In this document: in pieces, positions 48,950 through 64,000 of the stretch | Layout of the letters: each line of letters begins with the position of its first letter | Position numbering within the stretch: position 1 is the stretch's first letter | Source: the human T2T-CHM13v2.0 reference genome, Homo sapiens | DNA length: 64,000 nucleotides | Assembly (NCBI RefSeq): GCF_009914755.1 | Contig: NC_060929.1 | Direction: 5' to 3' (one strand) | Notes under the pieces: model-generated | Seen by the model: the letters and a program-made list of their open reading frames with translations, nothing else | Databases searched by the model: none | What the model was told of the DNA's origin: nothing | Program-made: the position numbers and the translations under genes

Positions 48950-51200
48950 CCCCCTCCCCTGCTGCTAAACTTCTGAATATACACACATTTATACATAGGC
49001 AAACACATTTATATAGGCAAATGTATAAAAGTATATGTGCACAACATATATCTTTTGTAAAACACAATTGGGATAATATGTATTATTCTTGAAATATTTT
49101 TCTATTTATTTATATTGGACTTCTTTCTACATCATTTCTTATATATCAAAATCTTTCTTAATGACTGTCATATATTCTATCATATGAATGTACCATAAAT
49201 TTTCTATCCAAGTCCTCTATGTATATATATATTTACTATTACCATGAAAGATAGATGAGTTTTGTTAATCCAGACTGATAGTCTTTTTCTTTTAGTAGGT
49301 ACGTTTACCTCATTTGTATATTTTTAAATAACAGATATATGGGTTACATCTAATTTTGTCACACTATTTATTTGGTTACAGTATGTTTATATTTTCTATT
49401 TATATTGTTTCCTTACTTTTTTTTTTGCTATTTGTTCTGTGCTTTCTTTTTCCTTGTCTTCTAATAATAATATTTGAAATTTTGATATAGTTAAACTTCT
49501 AATTTTTGTTTTATCAATCTTGGACAGTTTTCATACCACATCATAAAGGAAGAGGAAAAGTTATATTTCATACTTTCTTCCAGCTCCTTCCCCTCATCTT
49601 ACTTTTTATTATTTTTTTATACTACCGAGATTTATAAAGTATATCAAGCTGAGCTCTGGGAGCGTTATTATACACTCAGTGCTCACCAACACTTCTTTCA
49701 TCCATGACTTTCCCATTCATGACATGACTTTAAACACTTTTTACTTATCTTTGGGTTGGGTTGGCTAGATTTTATCATCAAGTGTCTTTTTTTTTTTTTT
49801 GAGGACTCATGTATGTGCTATGTTATTAGAGTTTTACATTATTAAAATTATTTTTCTGCTACTTTTAAACATAAAACATGTGTTTCTTGGGCCACACATT
49901 TTTTTCCCCATCAGAATTCTGTAGAAATTGTTTCACCAACTTTTTGCACTGAATGTTGCCATCGAGAAGACTGAGGTCAGGGATTTTCTCTTTTTGGGGA
50001 ACATGCTTTTAATTTTTGAATGCCTGTAGGACTCTTTCTTTATTCTTAACTTCAGGGTCCTCACTAAGATAGGGTTCAAACTTGAGACTGTATTTTTCCT
50101 TGAACAAAAATTGTATGTTCTACAGATTGTAGTCAGTAGATTTTTATATTTTTCTGTATTTCAGGTTTGCTTTTTTATATCTTTGAATATTTGTTTCTCC
50201 ACATTAGGAAGACCGTAGACATGAAGAACATCCTTACAATGACTATATTTTCTGTATCATCTATTCTTCTGGCTACTTCTAATGCAAGTATCTTCTCTAT
50301 AATCTCTTTCATCATCTGTTATTTTCCATTTAATTTTGTATGAATTTCTTGAGCTATACCTCCATATTCCTGTTTTCAGTATTATATTTTCTTCTTGCTA
50401 CCTCTAATGTGACTGATTTCTATTCCTATGTTGGTATTATTTTAAATTTCTTCCAATACTTCTTCAGTTCATTTTAAAATTTCTTTTTATTCTTTCATCC
50501 TATAATCTTTGATTCTATGGTTTTTTTCTTTACTTTCTCCAAAGAACCTAAGTTCTGTTTCTTTATAAATAGAGTAAAAGAATATACAATTTCCTTATCT
50601 TTTCTGAAATGATTCTTTTTTGGAATAGGTTTTTTTTTTTTTAAACTGCTTTTTTGGGGTAGGTTTGTTTGTTACTTTTTAGGTACTCTCTTTACATTTT
50701 GCATCCTTTGTGCTAATATGTGAAGAGGACAAGTCTTTACAGGAGGATGTGATCAGGGAAAGCCATGGATGTTAACCTGGGAAATGTCTTATCAGAACTC
50801 TTTTTAGATTTCTCTTTCTCTACCCTGAGGACACATCTCACCCCAGTTTTCTGATCTTCCGCAGTTGGGGAGAGCAGATTATCCAGATAGGAGGTCATTG
50901 CTGCTCTCAATGCAGCTTCCAACTTACAACTGATTGCTTAAACCTTCTTTATAATAAAAATTCAAAAGTACCAAATGATATAGGTTGAAAAACAAGTCTA
51001 CCCCTACACTTAGCCCCTTCCCCTGAGGTAACCACTCTTGCTAGTTTTGTGTGTATTCTTCTGGACAAAGAGTCTATAGATGTACAACTCTATAGATGTT
51101 CAAATAGTAGTACTGTATATATATGGTTGAGTTTTCTCACTTAACAGTGTATGCTAGCAATTGTTCCGTATTAGCATACATGTTATCTGTCCAGTCTTGT
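48950..51200 (-). mobile_element. Ancient L1M/HAL1-like fragments
   Basis: Long T-rich tract; 'gcactgaatgttgccatcgagaagactgaggtcag' resembles reverse HAL1/L1M ORF1, and 'gaatgtaccataaat' and 'gaggtaaccact' resemble L1ME 3'UTR. Confidence 0.55.
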
Positions 51201-51819
51201 TAATGCCACAGGGTGTTCTTTTGGACTCACTCTCAGGGCTTACTGTTCAAGTTCAGGCATTCTCGGCCAGCAGAAGGTTTCCAAATGTTGAGGAGGAAAT
51301 ATCTTCATTTGTTTTAACTTTTTCCGTGTATTCTTCCACCTCATGAGTGGCTGGAGTTGCCAGGAACCCCTGGAGGCCTAGTGAGGGCCAGCCGTCCTCT
51401 TGTTTGCAGAAGATAAAAGGACAATCAGTAATCCCTGCTCATAACTACGCTCGTCCAAGCTTAAAATGCTAGACTAGGAGAAACTTGACTGTGATAGCTT
51501 GATGAAACAGGTATTAAATGCGAAAGAAGACTATGTAAGTAAATATGGTACTCTAGAGAGCTTTGTTTTCTCTCTAGTTCCCTTTCCTACAAGAGGGGAT
51601 GAAAACCTTTAGATACCAAAATGTGTTCTGTTTTAGCATGTCAGAAGCTTGGCTTATACAGCTGGCTTCACTCTGTACCTAAAATGTTTTTCATGAAAAC
51701 AATATAGTTATATCTGAAACTGGGACAAAAAACAAGTTAACGATATCAGATTGATTAAACAAATAGATTTAAGAAGGGCTGAGATAAGCCATCTGAAGTT
51801 TTAACCTCTACAGGAGAGG

Positions 51820-52120
51820 TTTTTTTTTTTTTTTTTAGATGCAGTCCCGCTCTGTCACCCAGGCTTTAGTGTAGTGGCGTGAACTCTGCTCACTGCAACT
51901 TCCAACTCCTGGGTTCAAGCGATTCTCTTGCCTCAGCCTCCCGAATAGCTGGGATTGCAGGCACGTGCCACCATGCCTGGCTAATTTTTTTTGTATTTTT
52001 AGTAGAGATGGGGTTTCACCATGTTGGCCAGGCTGGTCTTGAACTCCTGACCTCAGGTGATCTGCCCATCTCTGCCATCCAAAGTGCTGGGATTACAGGC
52101 ATGAGCCACTGCGCCCAGCC
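51820..52120 (-). mobile_element. AluSx-like, full length
   Basis: Two-arm Alu with 'cctgacctcaggtgatc'; imperfect TSD aggagaggtttt / gggagagatttt. Confidence 0.95.
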
Positions 52121-52389
52121 GGGAGAGATTTTAAAAGCAAATCTTGGGTCTGATTTCCCAATTTACATCCATTCATGAGGATAGATAGAAATTTCTCCAG
52201 GGGGCTATTTGGAATGCGTTTCCTGGTGAGGTAGAAAGGACTCTTCCCTGTGGTGCTTTCAGCTGCAGGAGAATTCAGTATATTGTCTCCACACAAACCT
52301 TCTACACAGCCGTTGGTAACTCTTGTTGATCTGTTGGTTGTTGTGAGAATGGAAATATGGTTGGACATTCTTATTTAAAAGGATGTTTT

Positions 52390-52700
<311 letters not shown>

Positions 52701-52709
52701 TTATTACAT

Positions 52710-53135
52710 GTATAATATGTGCTTATTATATTCCTGGCATTGTGCTAAGCATTTTATATACATTATCTCATTTAACTTTCACAAACAACATGATTAGATA
52801 GAGTCAGACACCTGGGATCAAGTTTTGACTCTGCCAGCCCTAATTCTTGGCAAGATTGTTTAACTTCTCTGACTTTCTTTTCACCTGTATAAGGTGGGGC
52901 TAGTGATAGCAGTCACCTGGACAGTTGGGAAAATTAAATGAGGTAATGCATGAAAAGCTCCCAGCAGAGTGCCTGGCGCCTAGTCAGCACTCATAAAATG
53001 TCTTTTTATATTTGTATTATTACTCTTATTACTCCCATTTTATAAATGAAGAAACTGGGGCCCATGCAAAGGGTGTCTTTTGCCATGTCACTGAGCCAGT
53101 AAAGTGGATCTAGGACCCAGACACTGGTCTGGCTG
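52710..53135. mobile_element. MIR (+, about 52800-53010) nested within MIR (-)
   Basis: Minus-strand MIR tail 'ggcattgtgctaagcattttatatacattatctcatttaa'; plus-strand MIR 'gactctgcca...attaaatgaggtaatgcatg'; minus-strand core resumes 'cccattttataaatgaagaaactgggg'. Confidence 0.7.
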
Positions 53136-53765
53136 ATGGTAGCGACTGACCTTTTACAGATGATACTGCCTGTCCTCTTCCACATATCTAACATCACCTC
53201 TCTGGGGCTCAAAGCTTTCTGGGGATACCCTGTGCCCTAACAAGACAACATGCATTTGAATCTCCTCATACAATAGATGCATTCTCAAAGACTGTATTCA
53301 TGTTGAGTCCTGTTTTCCCTTGGCCTTCATTATATGAATAATTTTATGATTGTGCCTTTCTTTCTTGCTCAATATTTTCATTCAAAGACTCATGAACACA
53401 TATGAATCTTAGTTTACTCTCTGGAATCTTAATTATTCTTTCAGAGTTTTTATCCATTTACTGCAAAATGTGCCTTAGCTAGAGTTACTCATAGGAGGAG
53501 CTCAGGAGCCATTCAATAAATATTGACTGTGACTAAGAGTCTCACTAACATGTGTCCCTCCACCAATTAGTTATTGCATTCCTAAAATGTTTTGCTTAGA
53601 ACAAAAGATTGTTTTATGTAAGACCAAGTGGGTATTTACATGAGAGTATTGTTTTTGTTTTGATTTCTTTGAAGTATGCAACTAATTATATCTGGAGACA
53701 AGAAGACAGCTTTTTTTATTTTAATGTCCTTTTTAGAAGATAACTCTCAAAATAAATGAAAGTAT

Positions 53766-54138
53766 AGCTGATACTCATTATTCATGGGAATTATGTCCTA
53801 TAAAGTCATGATGAACACCAAATTAGTGGGTACTAAACAAGGGGAAATACAGTGTTGAATTCCTGAGCATCTCTGGTCATAATATTTTTGTCAATCAATG
53901 AGTACATAACTTTGTTTTAGGTGTATGTCTATTTAAAGATATTTAATATATAGTTGATTCATTAACATTGAACTCATGGCCAATAGCACTAACTCATGCC
54001 TGAAGGAAGCTTATCTAACACTGTATTTTCTCCTTAAGGCACATCACAGGCTTGCTACACTCAGGAAAACAGCACTACATTTGAGGACCATTTTAAACAG
54101 AGAAATCACCAATACACAGCACAGAAATGCAAAAAATG
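53766..54138. mobile_element. MER82 (TcMar-Tigger), truncated by L1 insertion
   Basis: 'gttgattcattaacattgaactcatggccaatagcact...gaagcttatctaacac...aaggcacatcacag...gcacagaaatgcaaaaaatg'. Confidence 0.85.
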
Positions 54139-56696
54139 TTTTTTTCCAGGATGACAAATAGGAAGCAGTGCCAGCATGCCTCTCCCACTTTGAAGGACAG
54201 AACAGTGTGTGGAGACTCTCACTGTGAACTTTCGTTCCAAGAATCACCATAGGAACTTACCAGGAAAACCAAAATAATAAACAGATCCTTTGAAATAAGT
54301 GGCAAACTCCATGAGACAGGCAAAAAACTTTGAGTTCCCAGAGTGGGAGAGGGGGACAGCCTACCTGTGAGCAAACATCCCCACTGGGGAAATCTAAAAA
54401 TCTAGATCACGGGAGAAGGTTTTAACCTTACTTAGAGCCAGAACAGATTTGGGGAGCAGCATGAAATATAAAAGCAGAAGGAGCAGCAGGAAGAGCCTGG
54501 TAAGCCCTCCCAGTCTCCAGCTTGAGCCCAGGGAAGCCATCCCTGACTGTATCTCACAAGGGTTCGTGGGAAAGGCAGCCATGAACTCAGAGAGGGGTTG
54601 CAGGTGAAAGAAGCTTCCAACTGAATTTTATGACATAATTTTGAGTGGGCACAAACTCCCTTGAGCAGAATCTGGGGGACAAGTGGGAAGTGCTGCAGAT
54701 ATGCCTGTAAGAGCTGACCGCCCAGCATTGTAGGCAGAAGGAGAGGGGCAGGCCTGAAAGCCATGTGCTTGCTTTCTCAGTGGGGTAGCTTATGGCCTGG
54801 GGTAAGGTGTGAGTTCCATGTGCACAGTCTGCCTGGATCTAAACTTGGTGCCATTAGCAAGGCACTGCAAGAGCGAGACCAGACTCACCAACTGCATGGG
54901 AGCTGGGTGAGGCCTAGAGCTACTGGCTATTCCCCACTGTCCTTGAAAACTCTACTGCACAGCAGAGGCAGCCATACTCCCCTCTAGGACATAACTCCAT
55001 TGGCCTGAGAACCACCCCTTCATCCCCCAGAGTGGCTGTGGCAGGCCCCACCCAAGGAGAGTCTGAGCTCAGACCCACCTAACCCTGCCCCCACCTGATG
55101 GTATTTCTCTACCTGCCCTGGTAGGTGAACACAAAAGACACAAACTCATGGGAGCTTTATGGCCCCACTCACTGCCTGAGAAACCAGAAGACCTCCCCTG
55201 GCCAACTTAGGGAAAGCTCAAATTCTGCTACACTACTGCAGCTAGTGCTCTCTTGCAAGCGCCACCTCCCTGGCTGGAGGCAAACCAACTAGGCCATTAC
55301 AGCAACTCATGATAGAGTAGCCCTGCGCCCAGAAAGGAGAAAACAACAGCTAACACCACTGCCTGCAACACCCTGGCTAACCAGAAGTCCTGAGTCTATT
55401 AGCATTCAAGAAAGCCAGTACACTAAGCCAATCTACAACCGAGGACTCTCACAGAGTCTACATCACTCTCCTGCCACCTCTGTCAGAACAGGTGCTGGTA
55501 TCCATGGCTAGGATACCTGAAGATGGATCACATCATTGGACTCTTTGCACATATTCCCTAGCACCAGCTTGGAGCCTAGTAGCTCTGCTGGGTGGCTCAA
55601 CCCAGAAGAGCAATAACAATGATTGCAGTCAAGCTCTCAGGAAGCCCCATTCCTAGGGGAAGGGACAGAGCACCACATCAAGGGATCACCCCATGGGACA
55701 AAAGACTCTGAACAGCAGGCCTTGAGTCCAGATCTTTCCATTGGTGAGAAGTTTCTCACAACAGAGACACAATGGGAGTGCTGGGCACAGCAGGGGAAAG
55801 TCTGCACCTCTACCCCAACAGGCAGGCAGCCTCTGTAATCATGAAGGGACTTGGAAAAGAAGTCTTTGTTCCCCATTGGCACTCCACTGCAGACATACCT
55901 GGGCTGCCCTGACAGGAATGTGCAGCATGGATGCACCTGTAGACAGCCCTCCTGGAACAATCCAGGGTGAGCACAGCCCCACAGGAGGAGAACCCCACAG
56001 ATTCAGGCCTGCATGAGCAGCAGAGTCATAATTCCTCCCTACTTGGAACATCAACATTCCTATAGATGAAAAAAGCTCCCTGTCTGATCTGAATAGCCAA
56101 AACACTGGAACAGGAGTAAAGTTGTGAGGTCAATAGCTTTACTGTTTGCCTGGCAGGAGAGCTGAGGTAGCCCCCACTCTTCACCCTGATAAAACCTCAA
56201 CACATCTAATTGAGAGCTCCTCCAGCCACCCTCATCAAGGCTGGGACCTCAGCCCACCATTGAGTATTATATCTACTTACCTACCTTAGCAATAAGCGGT
56301 GCCTCCCCAGGGTTACCTCTCCTACTGGCCTGAAGTCTGAATCATCAACTCAGTAAATAAAGTACTGGGGTAAAATTAAATAAACGAAGTGTACACCATG
56401 AGAACAAGATAAGTTTCAAGACATCCCTGACATTCCAACTCCATAGGAGATAATGAACTTGCCCACACACCAAGAGCATAAATACAACAACCAGCATTGG
56501 GGAAAGCCAGTGCACCAAGACACTCTATAACTAAGGAACTCATACAAAGTCTTCACCTCTACAATCATCAAGAAACAAATTAGGCTAAAATAAACACTAA
56601 AGTCTGATCCTCAAGAGGGAAACACAAGAAATAAAAAAAACACACATTCCAATCAAAAATAAATTCAAAAACATCTTCAAGAAATAGTCTACCCAA

Positions 56697-57690
56697 ATGA
56701 GAAGGAACCAGACAAGTAATTCTGGTAATTTGAAAAAAAGGGTTCTATAACACCCCCAAAATGTCACCCTAGCTCCCTAGCAATGGATTCAAACCAAGAA
56801 GAAATCTCTGAGTTGCCAAATAAAAAATTCAGAAAGTTGATGATTAAGCTAATCAAGGAGATACCAGAGAAAGGTGAAAACCAGCTTAAAGAAATTAAAA
56901 AACAATACAGGATATCGTTGAAAGATTTTCCAGAGAAATAAATATCACAAAGAAAAAACAATCACTATTTCTGGAAATGAAAGACACACTTAGGGAAATA
57001 CAAACCGCAGTGGAAAGTTTCAACAATAGACTAGAACAAGTGGAAGAAAGAAATTCAGAGTTTGAAGACAAGGCTTTTGAATTAACACAAACAGACAAAG
57101 ACAAATAAAAAAGAAGTTAAAAAATTAACAGTCTCTAAGAAATATGGCATTATGGCATATGGCCAAACCTAAGAATAATTGGTGTTCCTGAGGAAGAAGA
57201 GAAATCTGAAAGTTTGGAAAACCGATTTGGGGGGATAATTGACAAAAACTTTCCTGGCCTTGCTAGAGATCTAGACATCCAAATACAAGAAGCTCAAAGA
57301 ATTCCCAGGAAATTCATCACAAAAAGATAATCACCAAAGCACATAGTCATCAGGTAATATAAAGTCAAGATGAAGGAAAGAATCTTAAGAGGTGTGAGGC
57401 AAAAGCATTGGGTAACCTATAAAGAAAAACCTATCAGATCAACAGCAGATTTTGATTGGGGTCCTATCTTTAAACAAAATAATTGTCAGCCAACTATTTT
57501 GTATCCAGCAAAATGAAGCTTCATAAATGAAGAGGAGACAAAGTCTTTTTCAGACAAACAAATGCTGAGAGAATATGCCACTACCAAACCAGCACTCTAA
57601 GAAATGCTAAAAGGAGTTCTAAATCTTGAAATAAAACCTTGGAATCCACCAAAATAGAACCTCCTTAAAGCATAAATCTCACAGGGCCTA
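56697..57690 (+). pseudogene. ORF1: Decayed L1PB ORF1
   Basis: 'atgagaaggaaccag', 'aacctaagaataattggtgttcctgagg' and 'tcagacaaacaaatgctgagagaa'; multiple stops and indels. Confidence 0.8.
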
Positions 57691-57741
57691 TAAAACAGTA
57701 GCACAATAAAAAACCAAGGTATTTAGGCAACAAGTAACATG

Positions 57742-58331
57742 ATGAATAGAACAGTACCTCACATCTCAATACTGACGTTGAATGTAAATGGTGTAAATGC
57801 TCCACTTAAAATATACAGAATGGTAAAATGAATAAAAATCTACAAACAAATATCTGCTGTCTTCAAGAGATTCACCTAACACATAAGGACTCACATAAAC
57901 TTAAGGTAAAGGGGTGGTAAAAGATATTCCCTGCAAATCAAAACCAAAAGCGAGCAGAAGTAGCTATTCTTACATCAGACAAAACAGACTTTAAAACCAC
58001 AACGGTAAAAAAAAAAAAAAAAAAAAAAAGACAAAGAAGGATGTTATATAATGATAAAAGGATTAGTCCAACAGGAAGATATTACAATCCTAAATATATA
58101 TGCACCTAACATGGGAGGTTCCAAATTTATAAAATGATTACTACTAGACCTAAGACAGGAGACAGCAACACAATAATAGTGGGAGACTTCAATACTCCAC
58201 TGACAGCACTTGACAGATCATCAAGACAGAAAGTCAACAAAGATACAATGGACTTAAACTATACCCTAGAATAAATGAACTTAACAGATATTTACAGAAA
58301 ATTCTACCCAACAACTGCGGAACATACATTC
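57742..58331 (+). pseudogene. ORF2: Decayed L1PB ORF2 endonuclease domain, cut off by the L1PA3 insertion
   Basis: 'atctcaatactgacgttgaatgtaaatgg', 'aatatatatgcacctaac' and 'gggagacttcaatactcca' encode the TLNVNG, NIYAPN and GDFNTP motifs. Confidence 0.85.
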
Positions 58332-58544
58332 TTTTTTTTTATTTTTTATTATTATACTTTAAGTTTTAGGGTACATGTGCACAATGTGCAGGTTAGTTAC
58401 ATATGTATACATGTGCCATGCTGGTGCGCTGCACCCACTAACTTGTCATCTAGCATTAGGTATATCTCCCAATGCTATCCCTCCCCCCTCCCCCCACCCC
58501 ACAACAGTCCCCAGAGTGTGATGTTCCCCTTCCTGTGTCCATGT

Positions 58545-62366
<3,822 letters not shown>

Positions 62367-62429
62367 TTTGATGTTAGCTGGTTATTTTGCTCATTAGTTG
62401 ATGCAGTTTCTTCCTAGTCTCAATGGTCT

Positions 62430-63446
62430 TTACATTTTGGCATGATTTTGCAGTGGCTGGTACCTGTTGTTCCTTTTCATGTTTAGCACTTCCTTCAGGA
62501 GCTCTTTTAGGGCAGGCCTGGTGGTGACAAAATCTCTCAGCATTTGCTTGTCTGTAAAGGATTTTATTTCTCCTTCACTTATGAAGCTTAGTTTGGCTGG
62601 ATATGAAATTCTGCTTTGAAAATTCTGTCCTTTAAGAATGTTGAATATTGGCCCCCACTCTCTTCTGGCTTGTAGAGTTTCTGCGGAGAGATCCACTGTT
62701 AGTCTGATGGGCTTCCCTTTGAGGGTAACCCGACCTTTCTCTCTGGCTGCCCTTAACATTTTTTCCTTCATTTCAACTTTGGTGAATCTGAGAATTATGT
62801 GTCTTGGAGTTGCTCTTCTTGAGGAGTATCTTTGTGGCATTCTCTGTATTTCCTGAATCTGAATGTTGGCCTGCCTTGCTAGACTGGGGAAGTTCTCCTG
62901 GATAATATCCTGCAGAGTGTTTTCCAACTTGGTTCCATTCTCCCCGTCACTTTCAGGTACACCAATCAGACGTAGATTTGGTCTTTTCACATAGTCCCAT
63001 ATTTCTTGGAGGCTTTGTTCGTTTCTTTTTATTCTTTTTTCTCTAAACTTCCCTTCTCGCTTCATTTCACTCATTTCATCTTCCATCACTGATACCCTTT
63101 CTTCCAGTTGATTGCATTAGCTCCTGAGGCTTCTGCAGTCTTCATGTAGTTCTCAAGCCTTGGTTTTCAGCTCCATCAGCTCCTTTAAGCACTTCTCTGT
63201 ATTGGTTATTCTAGTTATACATTCTTCTAAATTTTTTTCAAAGTTTTCAACTTCTTTGCCTTTGGTTTGAATGTCCTCCCGTATCTCGGAGTAATTTGAT
63301 CGTCTGAAGCCTTCTTCTATCAGCTCGTCAAAGTCATTCTCCGTCCAGCTTTGTTCCGTTGCTGGTGAGGAACTGCATTCCTTTGGAGGAGGAGAGGCGC
63401 TCTGCTTTTTAGAGTTTCCAGTTTTTCTGCTCTATTTTTTCCCCAT
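62430..63446 (-). pseudogene. ORF1: L1 ORF1 (RNA chaperone), full span with nonsense codons
   Basis: 1017-bp span from ATG 63446 to TAA 62430; TAG at codon 5 and TAA near 63117. The C-terminal 219 aa are open (RPNLRLIGVPE, YPAKLSF). Confidence 0.95.
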
Positions 63447-64000
63447 CTTTGTGTTTTTATCTACTTTTGGTCTTTGATGATGGTGATGTACAGATGGGTT
63501 TTTGGTGTGGATGTCCTTTCTGTTTGTTAGTTTTCCTTCTAACAGATAGGAACCTCAGCTGCAGGTCTGTTGGAGTACCCGGCCGTGTGAGGTGTCAGTC
63601 TGCCCCTTCTTGGGGGTGCCTCCCAGTTAGGCTGCTCGGGGGTCAGGGGTCAGGGACCCACTTGAGGAGGCAGTCTGCCTGTTCTCAGATCTCCAGCTGC
63701 GTGCTGGGAGAACCACTGCTCTCTTCAAAGCTGTCAGACAGGGACATTTAAGTCTGCAGAGGTTACTGCTGTCTTTTTGTTTGTCTGTGCCCTGCACCCA
63801 AAGGTGGAGCCTACAGAGGCAGGCAGGCCTCCTTGAGCTGTGGTGGGCTCCACCCAGTTGGAGCTTCCCAGCTGCTTTGTTTACCTAAGCAAGCCTGGGC
63901 AATGGCGGGCGCCCCTCCCCCAGCCTCGCTGCCACCTTGCAGTTTGATCTCAGACTGCTGTGCTAGCAATCAGTGAGACTCCGTGGGTGTAGGACCCTCC
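63447..64000 (-). promoter_or_regulatory. L1 5'UTR (internal sense promoter and antisense promoter region)
   Basis: Colinear with the primate L1PA 5'UTR upstream of ORF1. The promoter role is established for the family, not shown for this copy. Confidence 0.7.
63902..63976 (+). pseudogene. ORF0: L1 ORF0, truncated to 24 aa by CGA>TGA
   Basis: Translates as MAGAPPPASLPPCSLISDCCASNQ*. Confidence 0.88.

Larger units (their letters stand above)
54139..58331 (+). mobile_element. L1PB-type LINE-1 5' portion (long L1PBa-type 5'UTR, ORF1, start of ORF2)
   Basis: 5'UTR 'ggacagaacagtgtgtggagactctcactgtgaactttcgttccaagaa'; ORF1 ATG at 56697; ORF2 endonuclease start near 57742. Confidence 0.88.

Overview
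Primate (human-like) non-coding genomic DNA, intronic or intergenic. No host protein-coding gene, RNA gene or CRISPR array can be supported. Roughly half or more of the window is transposable-element derived. Main elements: a complete THE1C MaLR provirus (5933-8204); many solo LTRs (LTR16, MSTD, THE1, LTR8, MER34, MLT2, LTR47-like, MER21, MER57, MLT1); a near-complete Tigger1 (38877-41373) broken by an Alu; hAT and Tc1-mariner MITEs; six Alus plus one FLAM; and scattered L2/MIR/L3 fossils. The right end is a three-level nest: MER82 interrupted by an L1PB (5'UTR, ORF1, start of ORF2), which is interrupted by a near-full-length antisense L1PA3-type LINE-1 running off the window edge. The only ORFs matching real proteins are decayed L1 ORF1/ORF2/ORF0 and Tigger1 transposase fragments. 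I found no evidence for a novel multi-gene system. The most notable observations are mechanistic: a 94-bp twin-primed inverted L1 insertion, a triple-nested LTR cluster, a 23-bp minisatellite inside an L2, the ZNF93-escape deletion in the L1PA3, a closely spaced inverted Alu pair, and a few speculative exons and enhancers in repeat-free DNA. Subfamily names come from recalled consensus sequences and need RepeatMasker/Dfam confirmation; edges of old repeats are approximate.
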